Positions 11,393-24,500 of a DNA stretch of 64,000 nt are shown piece after piece; within the stretch, counting starts at the first letter, position 1, and the number at the start of each line of letters is the position of its first letter. Origin of the DNA: Lama guanicoe. Taxonomy: Eukaryota. The notes beneath the pieces are model-generated. The model was not told the origin of the DNA. It searched no databases and worked only from the letters and a program-made list of their open reading frames with translations. Both the position numbers and the translations under genes were made by a program. The stretch spans positions 374,001 to 438,000 of the forward strand of contig MU054338.1 of the NCBI GenBank assembly GCA_013239625.1. Direction: 5' to 3'.

Positions 11393-12452
11393 ATTTTGCA
11401 AAGGAAACCATAAACAATCTACAGAATGGGAGAAAATATTTGCAAATGATGCCACTGACAAGGCATTAATTTCCAAAATACATAAGCAGCTCGTACAACT
11501 GAAAAACAAAAAAACAAACAACCTCATCAAAAGATGGGCAGGAAACCTAGGCAGGCATTTCTCCAAAGACAGCCAGCCAGCCAATAAGCACATGAAAAGA
11601 TGCTCAGTGTTGCTAATTACCAGAGAAACGCAAATCAAAACCACGGTGAGGTATCAAGTCACGCCTGTCAGAAAGGCCATCATCAAAAAGTCCACAAACG
11701 ACAAATGCTGGAGAGGCTGTGGAGAAAGGGGAACCCTCTGACACTGCTGGTGGGAGTGCAGTTTGGTGCAGCCACTGTGGAAAACAGGATGGAGACTCCT
11801 GAGAAAACTAAAAGCAGACGCACCATGTGGCCCAGCAGCCCCACTCCTGGGTGTACAACTGGAGAGCACTCTAACGCGAAACGACACCTGCACCCCGAGG
11901 TCCACAGCAGCACTCTTTACAGCAGCCAAGACATGGAAGCAGCCTAAATGTCCATCGACAACAGATGACTGGATAAAGAAAATGCGGTCTGCATACACAG
12001 TGGAATACCCCTCAGCCATAAGGAATGGAATACTGCCATTTGCAGCAACGTGGATGCAGCTGGGGATTGTCACAATAAGTGAAGTCACACGGAGAAAGAC
12101 AAGTATCACAGGGTATCACTCATATACAGAACCTGAAATACGGCACAAATAAACTTACTGACGAAACAGAGAAGCCGACTCACAGACAGAGAAGACAAAC
12201 TTAGGATTACCAAAGGGGGAAAGAGTGGGGAGAGGCAAATTAGGAGTCTGGGGTTAGCAGACACAAACGACTGGATATAAAATAGATAAACAAGGACCCA
12301 CTGTGCAGCACAGGGAACTAGACTCATTAACTTGTAACAAACTATAATAAAAGAGAACCTGGAAAAGTATATGCAGAGCTGACTTACTTTGCTGTGCACC
12401 AGAGACAACGCTGTAAATCAACTACACTTCAATAAAATGAAAATAAAAAAGA
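11393..12452 (+). mobile_element. 5'-truncated LINE-1 (ORF2 C-terminus, 3'UTR, A tail), pseudogenised
   Basis: Frameshifted ORF2 peptides [62 protein letters not shown]; ends AATAAAATGAAAATAAAAAA. Confidence 0.93.
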
Positions 12453-12511
12453 AGCCATCCAACTAATAATTAAAGGCCGTCTGGAGCCTCCACTTACAGG
12501 GCCGAGTGCGC

Positions 12512-15500
12512 TCAGGGACAGCTGAGGGGCACTCGCCGCCACAGCCCCCCACACAGGCAGTTCTTGATCCAGCGCTGCTCCCACTGCTTGACAGCCGTCG
12601 TCTTGTTGGGTGACTTAAGCATGGTGACGCAGCCACACCTGCAGGCAGAGCCGGCGGTGGGGCGCTGGGCGGGGCTGGGCTCCCACCTGCGCAGGGCCTT
12701 TGCCCGTGCTCTGCTGGCCCGGGAACGCTGTTCCCTGCATGCCCCCAGCCTATGATGCGCAGACTCCTCTGCGTCCTTCCGTCCCAGCTCAGACATCGAT
12801 CCCCACCTTCCTGAGTGGTGGAGGAGGGCCGGGGGTCTCAGCCAGCCCCTAGTGGTGTGACCCAGGGTGGTCTGCAGCAACCCAGGCCGTGTCTGAGAAG
12901 CGCAGCACTGCTGCGGTCACTCCTTCGTTTCTGTCCTGGTCAGGTGACTGGGAGCGCCACCGGGGCAGGCTCGGATGAAGCACTCACAATCAGCGCCCAG
13001 GGACAGGACACTCAGGGAGGCTGCCGGAGACCCCTGCTCGCAGGTGGGGAAACCGAGGCCCAAAGTGGCCAGGGGCAGCACGGAGGGTGCGGCCGGCGGG
13101 CGCTCACCTGGTGCACGCCTTGCACTCCTCCGTGGGATGGGCGCCCAGGTGCAGCCTCCGCAGGTGGTCCATCTTGGGGTGGCCCGGCGCCCTGGCAGGG
13201 ACAGCAGCGCGTGAGGGGCTGTTGCACCCATGTGCATGCACCCACACCACGTGCACCCACCCGCCAGTGCAGATCTGCAGCCTAGAAGCAAAGCGGGCGT
13301 GACATGCACACTTGGGGAAGGGGGGGGCGTCCACCAGTGGGGCTCACACACACAGACGCCCCCCCGGAGGGCCCGCACCCCCACAACAGCTGAGAACCTG
13401 GGCTGAGCCCCGTCAGAGGGAACGCGGGGCGGGGGCGGGTCCGCTCGTTTCAGCGGTGCGGAATGTTTGAAAACCTCTGAAAGAGTGTGAAACCCCTCGA
13501 GTGACCAGCCACCTCTTCTTGGAAGGTTTTCCTAAAGCCCAGATGCAAACCACAGCGTGTGATTCCTCAGGCCATTCCTCCCACCACCAGACAAGAAAGA
13601 AAATGTGGAGGTCTCGGGGAACAAGGCCCAGAGCGGCTTCCAGGAGCAGGGGCTGCAGGGCGCTAAGGCCCCGCCCCTAGCGGCACTGCCTGGGGACTCA
13701 TCGCCTGAGCACCAGAAACAGGAGGCAGTCTGCGGCGTCCCGGATCGTGGCGGCTTCCCGACTGCAGCCCTCAGGTTCAGTTTACTTGCCTATTTAAAGG
13801 GGACAAACACCCACCCCACAGCATGGCTGGGCAGTAAAGGGTTAAAGTGGCAGGCGTGGCATGGCCTGTCCAGGACCCACCTGTTCCAAAGAAAGGTTCC
13901 TCTAAAACCTGGGAAGGTCCTGCCTAGGGAGGGTTCTGCTTCCCCGGGGCCTGGGCCTGCCCGGCAGTCTGTGCTGCAGTGCAATTTCTGGTGGGGGCTT
14001 GGGGTATCAGCTTGAACTCTGGAGGGGTTGGAGCCTGAGCAGCCAAGGTCAGCCACATGGGTCCTGCACGTATGTGGGGACAGACCAGAGGAAGGATGAC
14101 AACACCTAGAGAGACGAGGTCACAAGTCAGTGTAGGCTGGATGAGGGAAGTGACAGGGAGGGGAGAGGGACTCGGAGGTAGCGGAATTCTCCAGAACAGC
14201 ATTTAGGTCAGGCTGGAAGGATGCAGACGGCACAGCACGTGCAAAGGCCCTGAGACAGAGGTGTGAAGGAGATCAGGCTGGTTTTGGGAAGCTCTGCCAG
14301 AAGGAAGGGCCGTGCCAAGGGCCGGAGGCAGAAACGGGTACGCACCTGATGAGGCCGTCCAGCTGCAAGGTGGTCGTGCTGCCAGGCAGAGCAGGAGTCT
14401 TGCCGAAGTGCAGACGCAGGGGCTGCTTGGGCTGCAGGCGGCTGACCAGGCCGTCGCTGACCGGCAGCCAGTCCAGGGTGGGGATGAGCAGCTGGCTGGG
14501 CAGCAGGCAGCACTCATCAACGAGCGCCTCGTCCGGCTCGCTCGTTGGGCCCTCGTCACGGCCTGCAGGGAGGGGACCACGGGCGTGTCACTCTCCACAG
14601 CCCTGCCGGGAGCACTGCCCACCCAGGAGGCACCCTGGCCTCCTCAGCTCACAAAACACCAAGAGCAGGCCCCAGCCCTTCCCTGATTTCCTGGGTGGCC
14701 CTGGAAGCCTCCTTCCCCCTTTGGCCTCAGCCTTCTTCTCTGTAAAATGGGGACCCACTTACTCACTTAAAAAATATGCAGCAAAGTAGGGGAGGCTATA
14801 GCTCAGTGGTAGAGCTCCTGCTTAGCATGCACGAGGTCCTGGGTTCAACCCCTGGCACCTCCATCAGAATAAATAAGTAATTACATAAAACCTAATTACC
14901 TCCCCCGAAAACAAAACAAAACAAAACTGAAAAAAGACAAAAAAATATGCAGCGAGCACTGGGTGCCCTTTCTGGCATCAGAGATGCACCAGCAACAGTG
15001 TCTGGCTCCAGAAACACACACCTGGTGACACAAGACACATGTGCGTTAAGAATGGCTGAGTTTAATGAGCACTCACACTGTGCCCGGACCTGTGCTGGGG
15101 AAACACTGGAGGCTAAGACAACAATTTGACCTGTGGGAGCTTGTATTCTGGTGGAGGAACTCAGTCAGGGCTTGTATTTCGATGGAGGAATGAGAGCAGA
15201 AGGCCGTGTGTCTTACAGCAGATCCAGAGCTTGGTGAGCAGGCGGAAGAGCAGGGACATGCTGTCCTGGGTGTCTGAGGTGGCCGTGTACACAGGCAGGC
15301 AGCTGGGCTTCAGCAGGCCCCAGATGCGGATGACAACCATCAGCTCACGCAGCATGCCCAGCGAGGTGCCGTCCCGCAGGAAGCTGTGGCCTGGCCGCAG
15401 TGAGGAGCCCTACGGGGAGAGGTGCCCTGGTTGTGCACTTCAGTGTGCGCGGCGTCCTTGGAACTCAGGTCCTGAGGGGTGGGTGTTTCGGGGAGGCGGG

Positions 15501-18500
15501 GCCGGAGGAGGTGGGGACTCAGGAGGGGCNNNNNNNNNNNNNNNNNNNNNNNNNNNNNNCGGGGCCGGGGAGGTGGGGCTTCCGAGCCGCAGCAGGCACA
15601 CCTGATTGGGCAGACTAGCCAGCAGGTAGAGCACGAAGTCGCCCACCCACTGCAGGAGCTGCTGCAGTGCCTGCAGTGTGTTCATGTCCAGGACAAACTC
15701 CTCCGTCTTGAGGTTGATCATGACCTTGTCAATGTCTAGCAGGGGACAGAAAGTCAGGACCTCACATGTTCAGCTCGAGCACCCACTATGAGCTGAGCCC
15801 CGGAAAGCCGACCCCGACGTTGTGAACAAGCAAATGAGGGGTCAGCAAGGCTGAGTCCAGGACCCTGGAGGGAAGGGCTGACTGGAGGAGCTCCGAGTGT
15901 CCACTGCTGGCCTTCAGAACTCCCTGCCTGCCCCTCGGACTCCCTGTACCGGGCACCCTGCTGCTCCCGCTGGCCCCCAGGCCTCCCTCCGCATGGGCAG
16001 CACCTCTGTGGACACCAGCCCCCAGGCTGGGTCATCTGTTCCCCTGTTGCTGCCTGCCGCGAGAGTCCCCGCCCCTGGCACGCATGAGATGCTCAAGGGG
16101 CCCTCCTCGGTGGTTTGGGAGGGTCCTCCACTGTGGCGTGGATGCTAAGGCACTCCATCACCACGGCAGCCCACGAGGGCGGGGCAGGCAGGACGCACCA
16201 ATGTCCGTGATCTTGGCGCAGATCTCGGTCAACCGGTCTCCCGGGCTCTTATCCGGTGTGTTGAGGACGTGTGGACGCAGCAGCGACTTGAGTGTGGAGC
16301 TGATGGCAATGAGGAAGAGCTTGGCATGGTAATCGCACACACGGGTCACTGTGCAGGGCGACAGCTTGCAGAGCGAGGCCTTCATGGCCAGGATCCGGGT
16401 GGAGAGGACCTGGGGGGTGGGGGGCGTGAGTGAGCAGGTAACAGACCTTTCTCACAGGACAGCAGGGTCTCAATCTAGGACCAGGCCTGCCCCAGGGCCA
16501 CAGGGCCAGAACTGGGGCTCCCGGCATGAAGTGGGTGGGGCCAGGGATGCCCCACTGTTCGGGGACGGCCCCCAGAGGATGACCCAGCCCTGGCGTCGCA
16601 GGGGTAACTGATGGACTTAAGATATAAAATGCTCGCAAGCAGTTCAGCCCGCTAAGCCAGGGATTTTAGCCTTCTGGCATTATGGGCTCCGAGCCCAGCC
16701 CAGCCCTGTCTCACGCCGCTGCCCGGGGCCTCGCAGCAGTCCATGTAACCTGTCAGGCTGGCACTGGGGACGGGGCCTTTCTCTCCCGTCTCTCTCCTGG
16801 TTGGTCACTGCTGGCACACAGGACCACTTCGGGTTCTGAAAAGTGCTGAGTGGCACAGCTGCCATCCTCAGCTGGGAGGCTCCGTGTGTTACAGGTGCAC
16901 CAGCGGGCCTCGGATCCTTCTCCGCCTCTCCCACCTTTAGAGCTATGGTCTACGCTCTCACCTTAGGGGCAAGGGCCTCCAGGGCCACCCAGAGTCAGGT
17001 GGGGTCAAGCCCGCAGCCGAGCGCTGGTGGCTGAGGCAGCACCCGGCAACCAGGCATGGCGGGGAGGCCTGCGGGTCACCGGAGGAGGGAGGCGCGCACA
17101 CCTGCTGCAGCTCGGCCTTCTGGCGCGTGTACTCCTCGTGCAGCTTCTCCACCAGGCTCTGCACCATGCCAGGCTGCACGTGCAGAAGGATGTCCCACCA
17201 GTCGTAGCCGGTCACCATGCAGTACTCCAGCAGGAAGAGCAGGTGCCGCAGGGCCAGCCCCACGTCCAGCGAGTGGCCCATGGACGGCGAGATGCGTAAC
17301 ATGCTCAGCTGCCAGGACAGGGTGGGCCATGAGGGGCGGGGCGGCGAGAGGCAGGAAGGCTGCACCACCCCAGGTCCAGGCCTGCAGTCCTGTCCTGTCG
17401 GACCCGAGGGCTGCAGAGACACTGGCTGGCCACATGGTGTGAAATGAGGTCATGAGTCCTTGGTTTCTGTGGCGGTGGCGCTTCCCCAGAGGGACTTGGG
17501 AGGCCTCCCACCCAGCAGAGCATGTGTGCAGTGACAGGACCGGCAGGGGTCGTGCGGTCCCTGAAGACACAGACCCAGTGCTCCGGAGAACACGAACCCA
17601 CCACCCAGAGATGCCGAGGACAGGCCGGAGCAGATGCGGGCAGAGCCAGAACAGAAATCACAGGGCACACCCGACAGCGACCCAGGAGCCCACTGCCTCT
17701 AGGGGGGTGGGGGTGCACGCACGTGAGTGTGAGTGTGCGAACGCATGCATGTGTCTGAGAATGCGTGCCGTGTGCGAACACGTGGGCTGTGAACGTGGGA
17801 GAGTGGAAACACCTGTGTGCGTGTGTGTAAGCAAGAGTGAGTGTGAGGGCTGCCTGCGTGTCCCGGCCAGGCCGTGGGCAGGTTCCTCTGGGAACGAGCA
17901 CTTACTCCTCACAGTTGGGGTGGTGTTAGGGGTGTTAAACCCAGGACCCCTTACCCTGCAGAGCAACCATCCTCAGGGCTCCCACTTCTGAGCACTGGCG
18001 GTGAGCCACACACCGCACCCTGTGACAGAGACCCCGCCCAGTCCCCCCAGAGGGCACGGCCACCCTCAGCCCCCACGCAGCAGGGGCTTAAGACTCATCA
18101 GGACAGTGCATACCCGGCCGTGGCTGTCGATGCCCACGAGGGCCAGGGAGGTCCAGGAGAGCTGCATGGCCTTGAAGTGGATGGCAGGGCCCGTGGTCCG
18201 AGGGCGTTTGATGGCCGGCTCGTCCACGGAGCGTGGGGCCGCAGAGCTGTAGAAGACGGCCATGGTCTGCAGCGAGAGCCGGTGCACGATGTGGACGCTG
18301 CCGTCGTGGAAGGCCAGGGCCAGCCCTGGGGGCACACGCGGTGTCAGGCAGAGGCTGCGCCAGGGGTGCCGAGTCTGGGCCACTAAGCCCGCCCTACCCG
18401 GGTATTTGGCAGCCGCTCTCCCCTCTCCCTTGCTAACAGCCCCCGAATCGCTGGAGCCGCTTGTTGCGGGGTCTCCTCCCCTGCCCACCCCCCGCAGCTG

Positions 18501-21500
18501 GCCCTGAGCTTTGGCCGATGTGAGCCAACACTGATGTCCAGGGGGACAAGTGGGTAGGACACACAGCAGACACAAGGGCCTAGGGCCAGAGCACACAAAG
18601 GGCCTGGGGGCAGCGGAGGTCAGCGAGGTCGGGGGCTGCGGTGTGGCTGTGTGCCCCCGGGGGCTGTGCCCAGGACCCACATCGCAGCTACTGCAGAGCG
18701 GGGGCGAGGTAAGGGGATGATGCCGCCTATGGACAGGTTGCCACAAGTTCCCAGCTTCTCCCCTGATTTCCAGCAGCTCTCTCCATGTTAAAGAGCAAAG
18801 CTCGTTGGCCAGCCTCCCAGCCCTCTGAGCCCATACAACCCCAAAAGCAGCGCCCACATCCTCGTGGACATGAGGCTGGGAGGCAGGCTCCCACAACCCT
18901 GAGACTCAGCTCGGAGCCCACCTCCCCCAGGGAGCTCGGGAGACAGCTGTACCGAGGCCGGGGTAGAACTGGGTGTCGCTGGCCACCTTCAGGTCAGTGT
19001 TGGTGAGCGAGATGGGCAGTTTGGGCAGCGCCACGGCAGACACACGGTCCAGGTCATTGGTGGCTGACAGGATCCGCCATTTGAGAATCATGGGCTGTTT
19101 GTCGCCAACTGAAAGCGGGGGTGGGGATGGGGTTGAGGGGACAGACAGCAACAGAGTGAAGACAAAGAGGATGACCTGCCCCAGCACCCTGCCCTTCCCG
19201 GGGCCCTGAGCACATGATGCCTGGTGGGGCGGCACCACCATGTTCCCTTGAAGGAGCCAACGTGCTAGGGAGTGACCCCACCCCAGACCTCACCACCACA
19301 AAACCCCAAAATTCCCCTCGCATCTCAGCCGGCTGGCACTGGGTTCTCTGTCCCTGTGGTCTGAGAGGTCCTGGGTGGAACCCCAATTTTCCCCAGGAGG
19401 CCTCAGCTGGACGGACCAGGGGCCAAGATGGACCCCCTGCGCCCCCCAGCCCCAGAGTGATGAGGAAGCCCCTCAACCAGAGGTGGGCTGGTTCCCGTCA
19501 ATCTGAACTCGGCCCGTGGGCCCTGTAGGCATGATGCCAGCTAAGGCTCAGTACTGCCCACACACCTAGGTGAGGCTGGGCTAGGTGAACAGGCGCCAGC
19601 CGATGGTTAGCTGCCCCGGCTGCCCCGGGGCTGACGGCAGACCTGGAACCAGGACTGAGCAGCAGAGGCAGCCCAGCCCAGGACCTTCCGGACTGTGGTT
19701 CTCAGCCAGAGTTCGAGACTGGTGTGTTACACGGCAAAGCTGGCTGAGACACAGCTCCTCTCGGCCCATCTGTCCTGAGCGCTCGGCCCTGAACAGCCCA
19801 CATAAGGGGACTCTTGGCAAAAGTCACCCCCCAGGGAGACTGAGGCCCAGAGAGGGCGACTCGGCCTGAGACCAGAGTGGACTATAGCACCTGATGCAGC
19901 GACACCAAACAGCGCTGTGAGAGTGACAACCCGGGCAGCAGCACACAGTGATCCACACCCACCGTGACGGCTCGGGCCCTGCTAGGTCCACAAAGGGGCG
20001 TGTCTGTTGGAGGCTGAGGCAGAGCTGGACCTGAACCCACCTGTCCACCCACGCCAGGCCACTGACTCGACCATGGCGTGGAGCATGGTTGGTAGAACGG
20101 GGGCCTGAGGTCTGCCTAGGGGTGGCCACCCTCCAGAAGGGCTTGAGGTGGACACTCAGGGAGGACAGGCTGCCGGGCAGGGGACTGGTGTGGGCACAGG
20201 CGGGAGGGGAGACCGGAAGGGGCAGGCCTGAGAACCCAAAAGGCCTGTGAGGCTGGACTGAGGGGTGGGGTGGGGTTGGGCGTGTGAGCTCAGAGACCAC
20301 CTCCAGCATCCCAACACATGCATGAGGACAAGACTCCACCCAGCAAGGGGAGGTCCTTCTGCTTGAGATGTGGTCCCACCTGTGACAAGGCCCCAGGGCT
20401 GGGGATGGCGGGGGTGGGAGACAAGGTGCAGGACAAGCCCGGGCATGGGCGTGGGGGGCAAGAAGTTGGGAAGATAGGGCCCTGAGCTGCGTGGAGGAAG
20501 GAGGAAGACCTGGGAAGGGCCGAGGCCCCATGTCGCCCGACCCGCCCGCGGGGTCACTCAGGAAAGGCAGCGTGACCCTCTGGGCACTTAATTTCTCCCC
20601 AGCCACAATAGGCAGCTTATGTAACCCCTGCGGGTGAGCAGGGCTGTGAGGGGCCTCTTGACCCAGTTCCACAGCTACTCCAGGGCCCATTAGTGCTGAT
20701 CAGCAAAGAGCCAAAGCTTCCGTCTGCAGGAAAACACCCTGTGTACAGCGCAGAGGTGGCCGGAGACCTGGGCCACGGGGTCACCCCAGCTTCTGGGAAG
20801 CTGGCTTTTCTGGCTTCCGCGCCTCGCCAGGTGTCAGGAGAGGGGACAGCCTTGGTGAGGGGCTTGGGGCTCCAAGTGGTGTGGGGACGGGAGGCGAGGG
20901 GAGCTGGAGGGCGTGTTCTTGGCCAACTCCATTCACCCCCACGCTCACTCTAATCGGGGTTTCAGAGGGTCCTGGGACTCGGGGGCCTGTGTAACTGGCC
21001 TGCCCAGGGTCCCTGCGCTGGGACACCCTCACCACGCCCAGTGCCAGGACAGCGGGACACAAGGCCAGGCGGAAAGGGAGGCTCACCGGCAGGCGAGAGC
21101 TGCTGGAAGATGTTGTTCACGGGGAGCCCCTCCTTGCGCAGGGACCAGCACTCCACCACGCTGCTCGTCTGGCTGGACGCACACAGGAGCACCTGGGGGT
21201 TGGCGCAGCGGCTTGGGAAGCGGGCCTGGACTTGGCCCCCTGGCCTCTCTGGGCCTCCGGCTCCTACATAGGGCTCATGCCAGCACCAACCTCATGGCCG
21301 TTGTGGACTCAAACCCAGGTCTGCCCACCCCAAGTCCACACCTGCCCACCCCCCACAGCACCTCGCATGGGGAGGGCAGTCACCCGCTGGTGCCCCTGGC
21401 AGAAAGCAAAGGGGACCAGGGGAACACATCAGGGCTTCCTGAAGGTGGGGGCTTATCACTACGAGGTTACAATGAGACCCCGTCTAACCTGGTTCCTGCC

Positions 21501-24500
21501 CTGGTCCTGGGACCTGAGGATGCGTCACCTCACAGGGCAGAGGGGACCCTGAAGGTGGGACTGAGTTAAGGCCCCTGGGATGGGGGTGACCCTGGATTCC
21601 CAGGGGGCCCTGTGTCCTCACAGAGTCCTCATCAGACGGAGGCGGGAGGTCAGAGTCAGAGAGAGACGGGGGACGCTACGCTGCTGGCGGTGAGGATGGG
21701 GGGGGCCGGGGGCCAGGGATGTGGCGCCTCTAGAAGCTGGAAGAGGCAGGAGCCACTTCTCCCTGGAGCCTCTGGGGGACCAGCCCCGCCCACGCCTGGT
21801 TTAGTCCCTAGGAGGTCTGGCCATGGGGCCAGGAGCTGAGCCACAGCAGGGGGCTCACCTGCTCCGACATGTCCCGCGCCAGGAACTTGAGGTGGGTGAT
21901 GGCGGGCAGGCGGTCCCTGCGGTTGAGGTCGGTGGTGCAGCGCATGAAGAGGGAGGGCAGGATCTCGGTGTCGATGCGGCACTTCTCGCTGACCACGCTC
22001 ACACACACCTTGTAGAACTGTACAGGGGACGCGCTGCTGCCATCCGCCGTGGCCACCACGATGTTGCCGCCACCCGTGAAGGCGATGTCGGCCAGGGCCG
22101 CGCGCCCACGCAGCCGGCACAGGCTCTCCGTCGAGGTCAGCACCTGGCCGCTGGGCTTGAGCAGGGACACGGTGACCAGGCCGCTGACCGTCACCGCAAT
22201 CCAGCCCTCCATGGGCTTGCCCCCAAACAGCGTGAGCGACGGTGAGAACTTGACGCGGGAGAACTTCTCCCCAAAGCTGGAGGCGCCTGACTGCGGGCAG
22301 AGGGAGGGTCAGCCTGGTGACCCCTTCCCCAGGCACCTGCTCAGCCTTCAGGGATCGACCTTGGGAGACCGAGGACCCTCTTCTGGAAGCCGCACACTTG
22401 GGAACACAGAAGAACCATGTGGCAGAAGCCAGGAGAGCATGAACCTGAGTCCAGGTTCGGCCCCAGCCACTTGAGTGTCCTGTGATGTGGGCCTCTCTGA
22501 CCCCCCGTCAGAGAGAAGGAAGCCCAGGCCCTGATGGCCCCCAAGGAGAGACATGGGCAGCAACCCCAAGATGCCCGCAGTGGCATTTCTCCAGAACCCG
22601 GAGAGGGTGGGCGGGGCCTGAGCTGCTGAGGCTCTAAAAGGCTTCTTCTCAGCGGCCAGAATTCTGCTCAAGGACCATCAGATCTGTCACTTGAGTTGAT
22701 AAAAGACACAAAAAGGCGGGAGCTCATGGGTGGTGATGCAGAGCAAGGTCCCTACTACAATGAAGGAGCGCATGTGGTGCACGACTTCACTGCAGAGCAG
22801 ATGTTTGAAAAAGACACTTCCCCCGGGGGAAGGATCCAGAAGGCCAGGCAGCCACACAAGCGGTGAGAGTGCCTACCTGGGAGACGGGAGCCAAATGCCT
22901 GACCTCAATGCCACGGGCTTCAGAAGTCCCACGTCTGAGCGTTTTAAACCAGCACACACGTCGTTTATAATTTGAAGACAAACGTATCCGGTAACAAGGA
23001 GTCAAGCACTGACACCCGCTCCCACGTGGACAGACCCTCAGAGCACGACGCTCAGGGAGAGGAGCAGGCACAGAAGGACACAGCGTGCGGCTCCATGGAC
23101 GTGAGGCGTCCAGAACAGGCCAGTCCACGGGTACAGAGAATGGGTTCCCGGAGGTCAGGGGCTGGAGCGGGTGGGGGGTGAGGCTCATGGGGACGCAGCT
23201 TTCTTCGAGGTGATGAAGATGGTCTGAAACTGCCTGTGGTGATGGTTGCACTAGTCTGTGAAGATACTGAAAACCCCCTGAATCGTGTACCTCAGCAGAG
23301 TGAGTTACTCGGTATGCGAACCACATCTCAACAAAATTGTTAAAAAAAAAAAAAAGGAAGAAAGAAAGAAAAGAAAACACACAAAAAGAGGGCAGCAGGG
23401 GCCTATCCCGGGGCAGGCGGCTGGCGCCCAGGCTCTGCTCCCATGCATGGACAGTAAGAGCCCCCAGGCCTAGCTGGGCTCAGGGCAGGCAGATGTGGGG
23501 AAGGGACAGGAGAAAAAGTCACTTTCCATGGCATCAATCCAGGAGGGCCTCCTGGTTCTGGAGGCCGCTCCAGCTGAAGAGTCGTCCGAACACCTGTGGC
23601 GGCCCTGGGCCCTCACCCTGCGCCAGGCGGCGGCTTTGCAGTGAACCCTGACTGTGACCACCATCAGCACCACGTGACCCAGAGGAAAGTGACATGTGGA
23701 GGTGTGAGGTTAGGACATGGATTCAGGGTCCCTGACCTGGGTGGCACCCACTCTCAGTAGAGACACTGGGCTGAATTGGGGTCCAGGAAAGAATTCTGGG
23801 ATATTACTAAATCAAAGGGTGGGCTGCATTCCGAGAACAGCAGCCACTAGTTAAATGGGTGGCCAGCTGGAAACAGGTGTTCACGGCCTGGTGGCCACTG
23901 TGACTGGGCCCCGGCTGGAGAGACCAAGGTGCTGGCAATGCGGGGAGGAGCCAGCCCGGAGGCTGGCAGGTGGGCAGGAAGGGTGAAGGCCCCCGTCCAC
24001 CACCCCCACTCACGCAGATGGGACACCCACCTTTTCCACGTGCAGGGCCAGCTTCACACCGTTGTGCAGCCAGGACAAGGCCACGATGGGGTCCCCCTCC
24101 ACCAGGCTGCCCACGTGGCTCTCCCAGCTGTTGGCCAGGTGGTCTGCCATGCTCCAGCACTTGATCTGCCCGTCAGCGTCGGCCGACAGGAGCCGTGAGC
24201 CTGCATCACAAAGCCCGCCGCTAGACACATCAAGGCTCTGGGGAGGTGGAGCAGGGGAGTGGCACAGGTATATTCTGGAAAGGACTCTGGACATGGGCAG
24301 TGGGAAGTGCGGGGGCCGCAAAGACACAGGTCAACGGTTTGAGTCCCAGCTCTGGACCCTGGGGACTGACCAGGAAACAGAGCAGACAGCCCAGGGATTG
24401 GAGATCAAGGATGAGCAGTGCCCACTAGCTTCACTGTGCTCAGAGTTGATGGAGTGCACGTCCCAGGGGTGTTCCGTGTCCAGGATGTGGATCATGCGGG

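Noticed and set aside
14789..14863. Possible tRNA-Ala(AGC) gene
   Set aside because: Followed by SINE body, A-rich tail and TSD, with multiple dispersed degenerate copies; no oligo-T terminator
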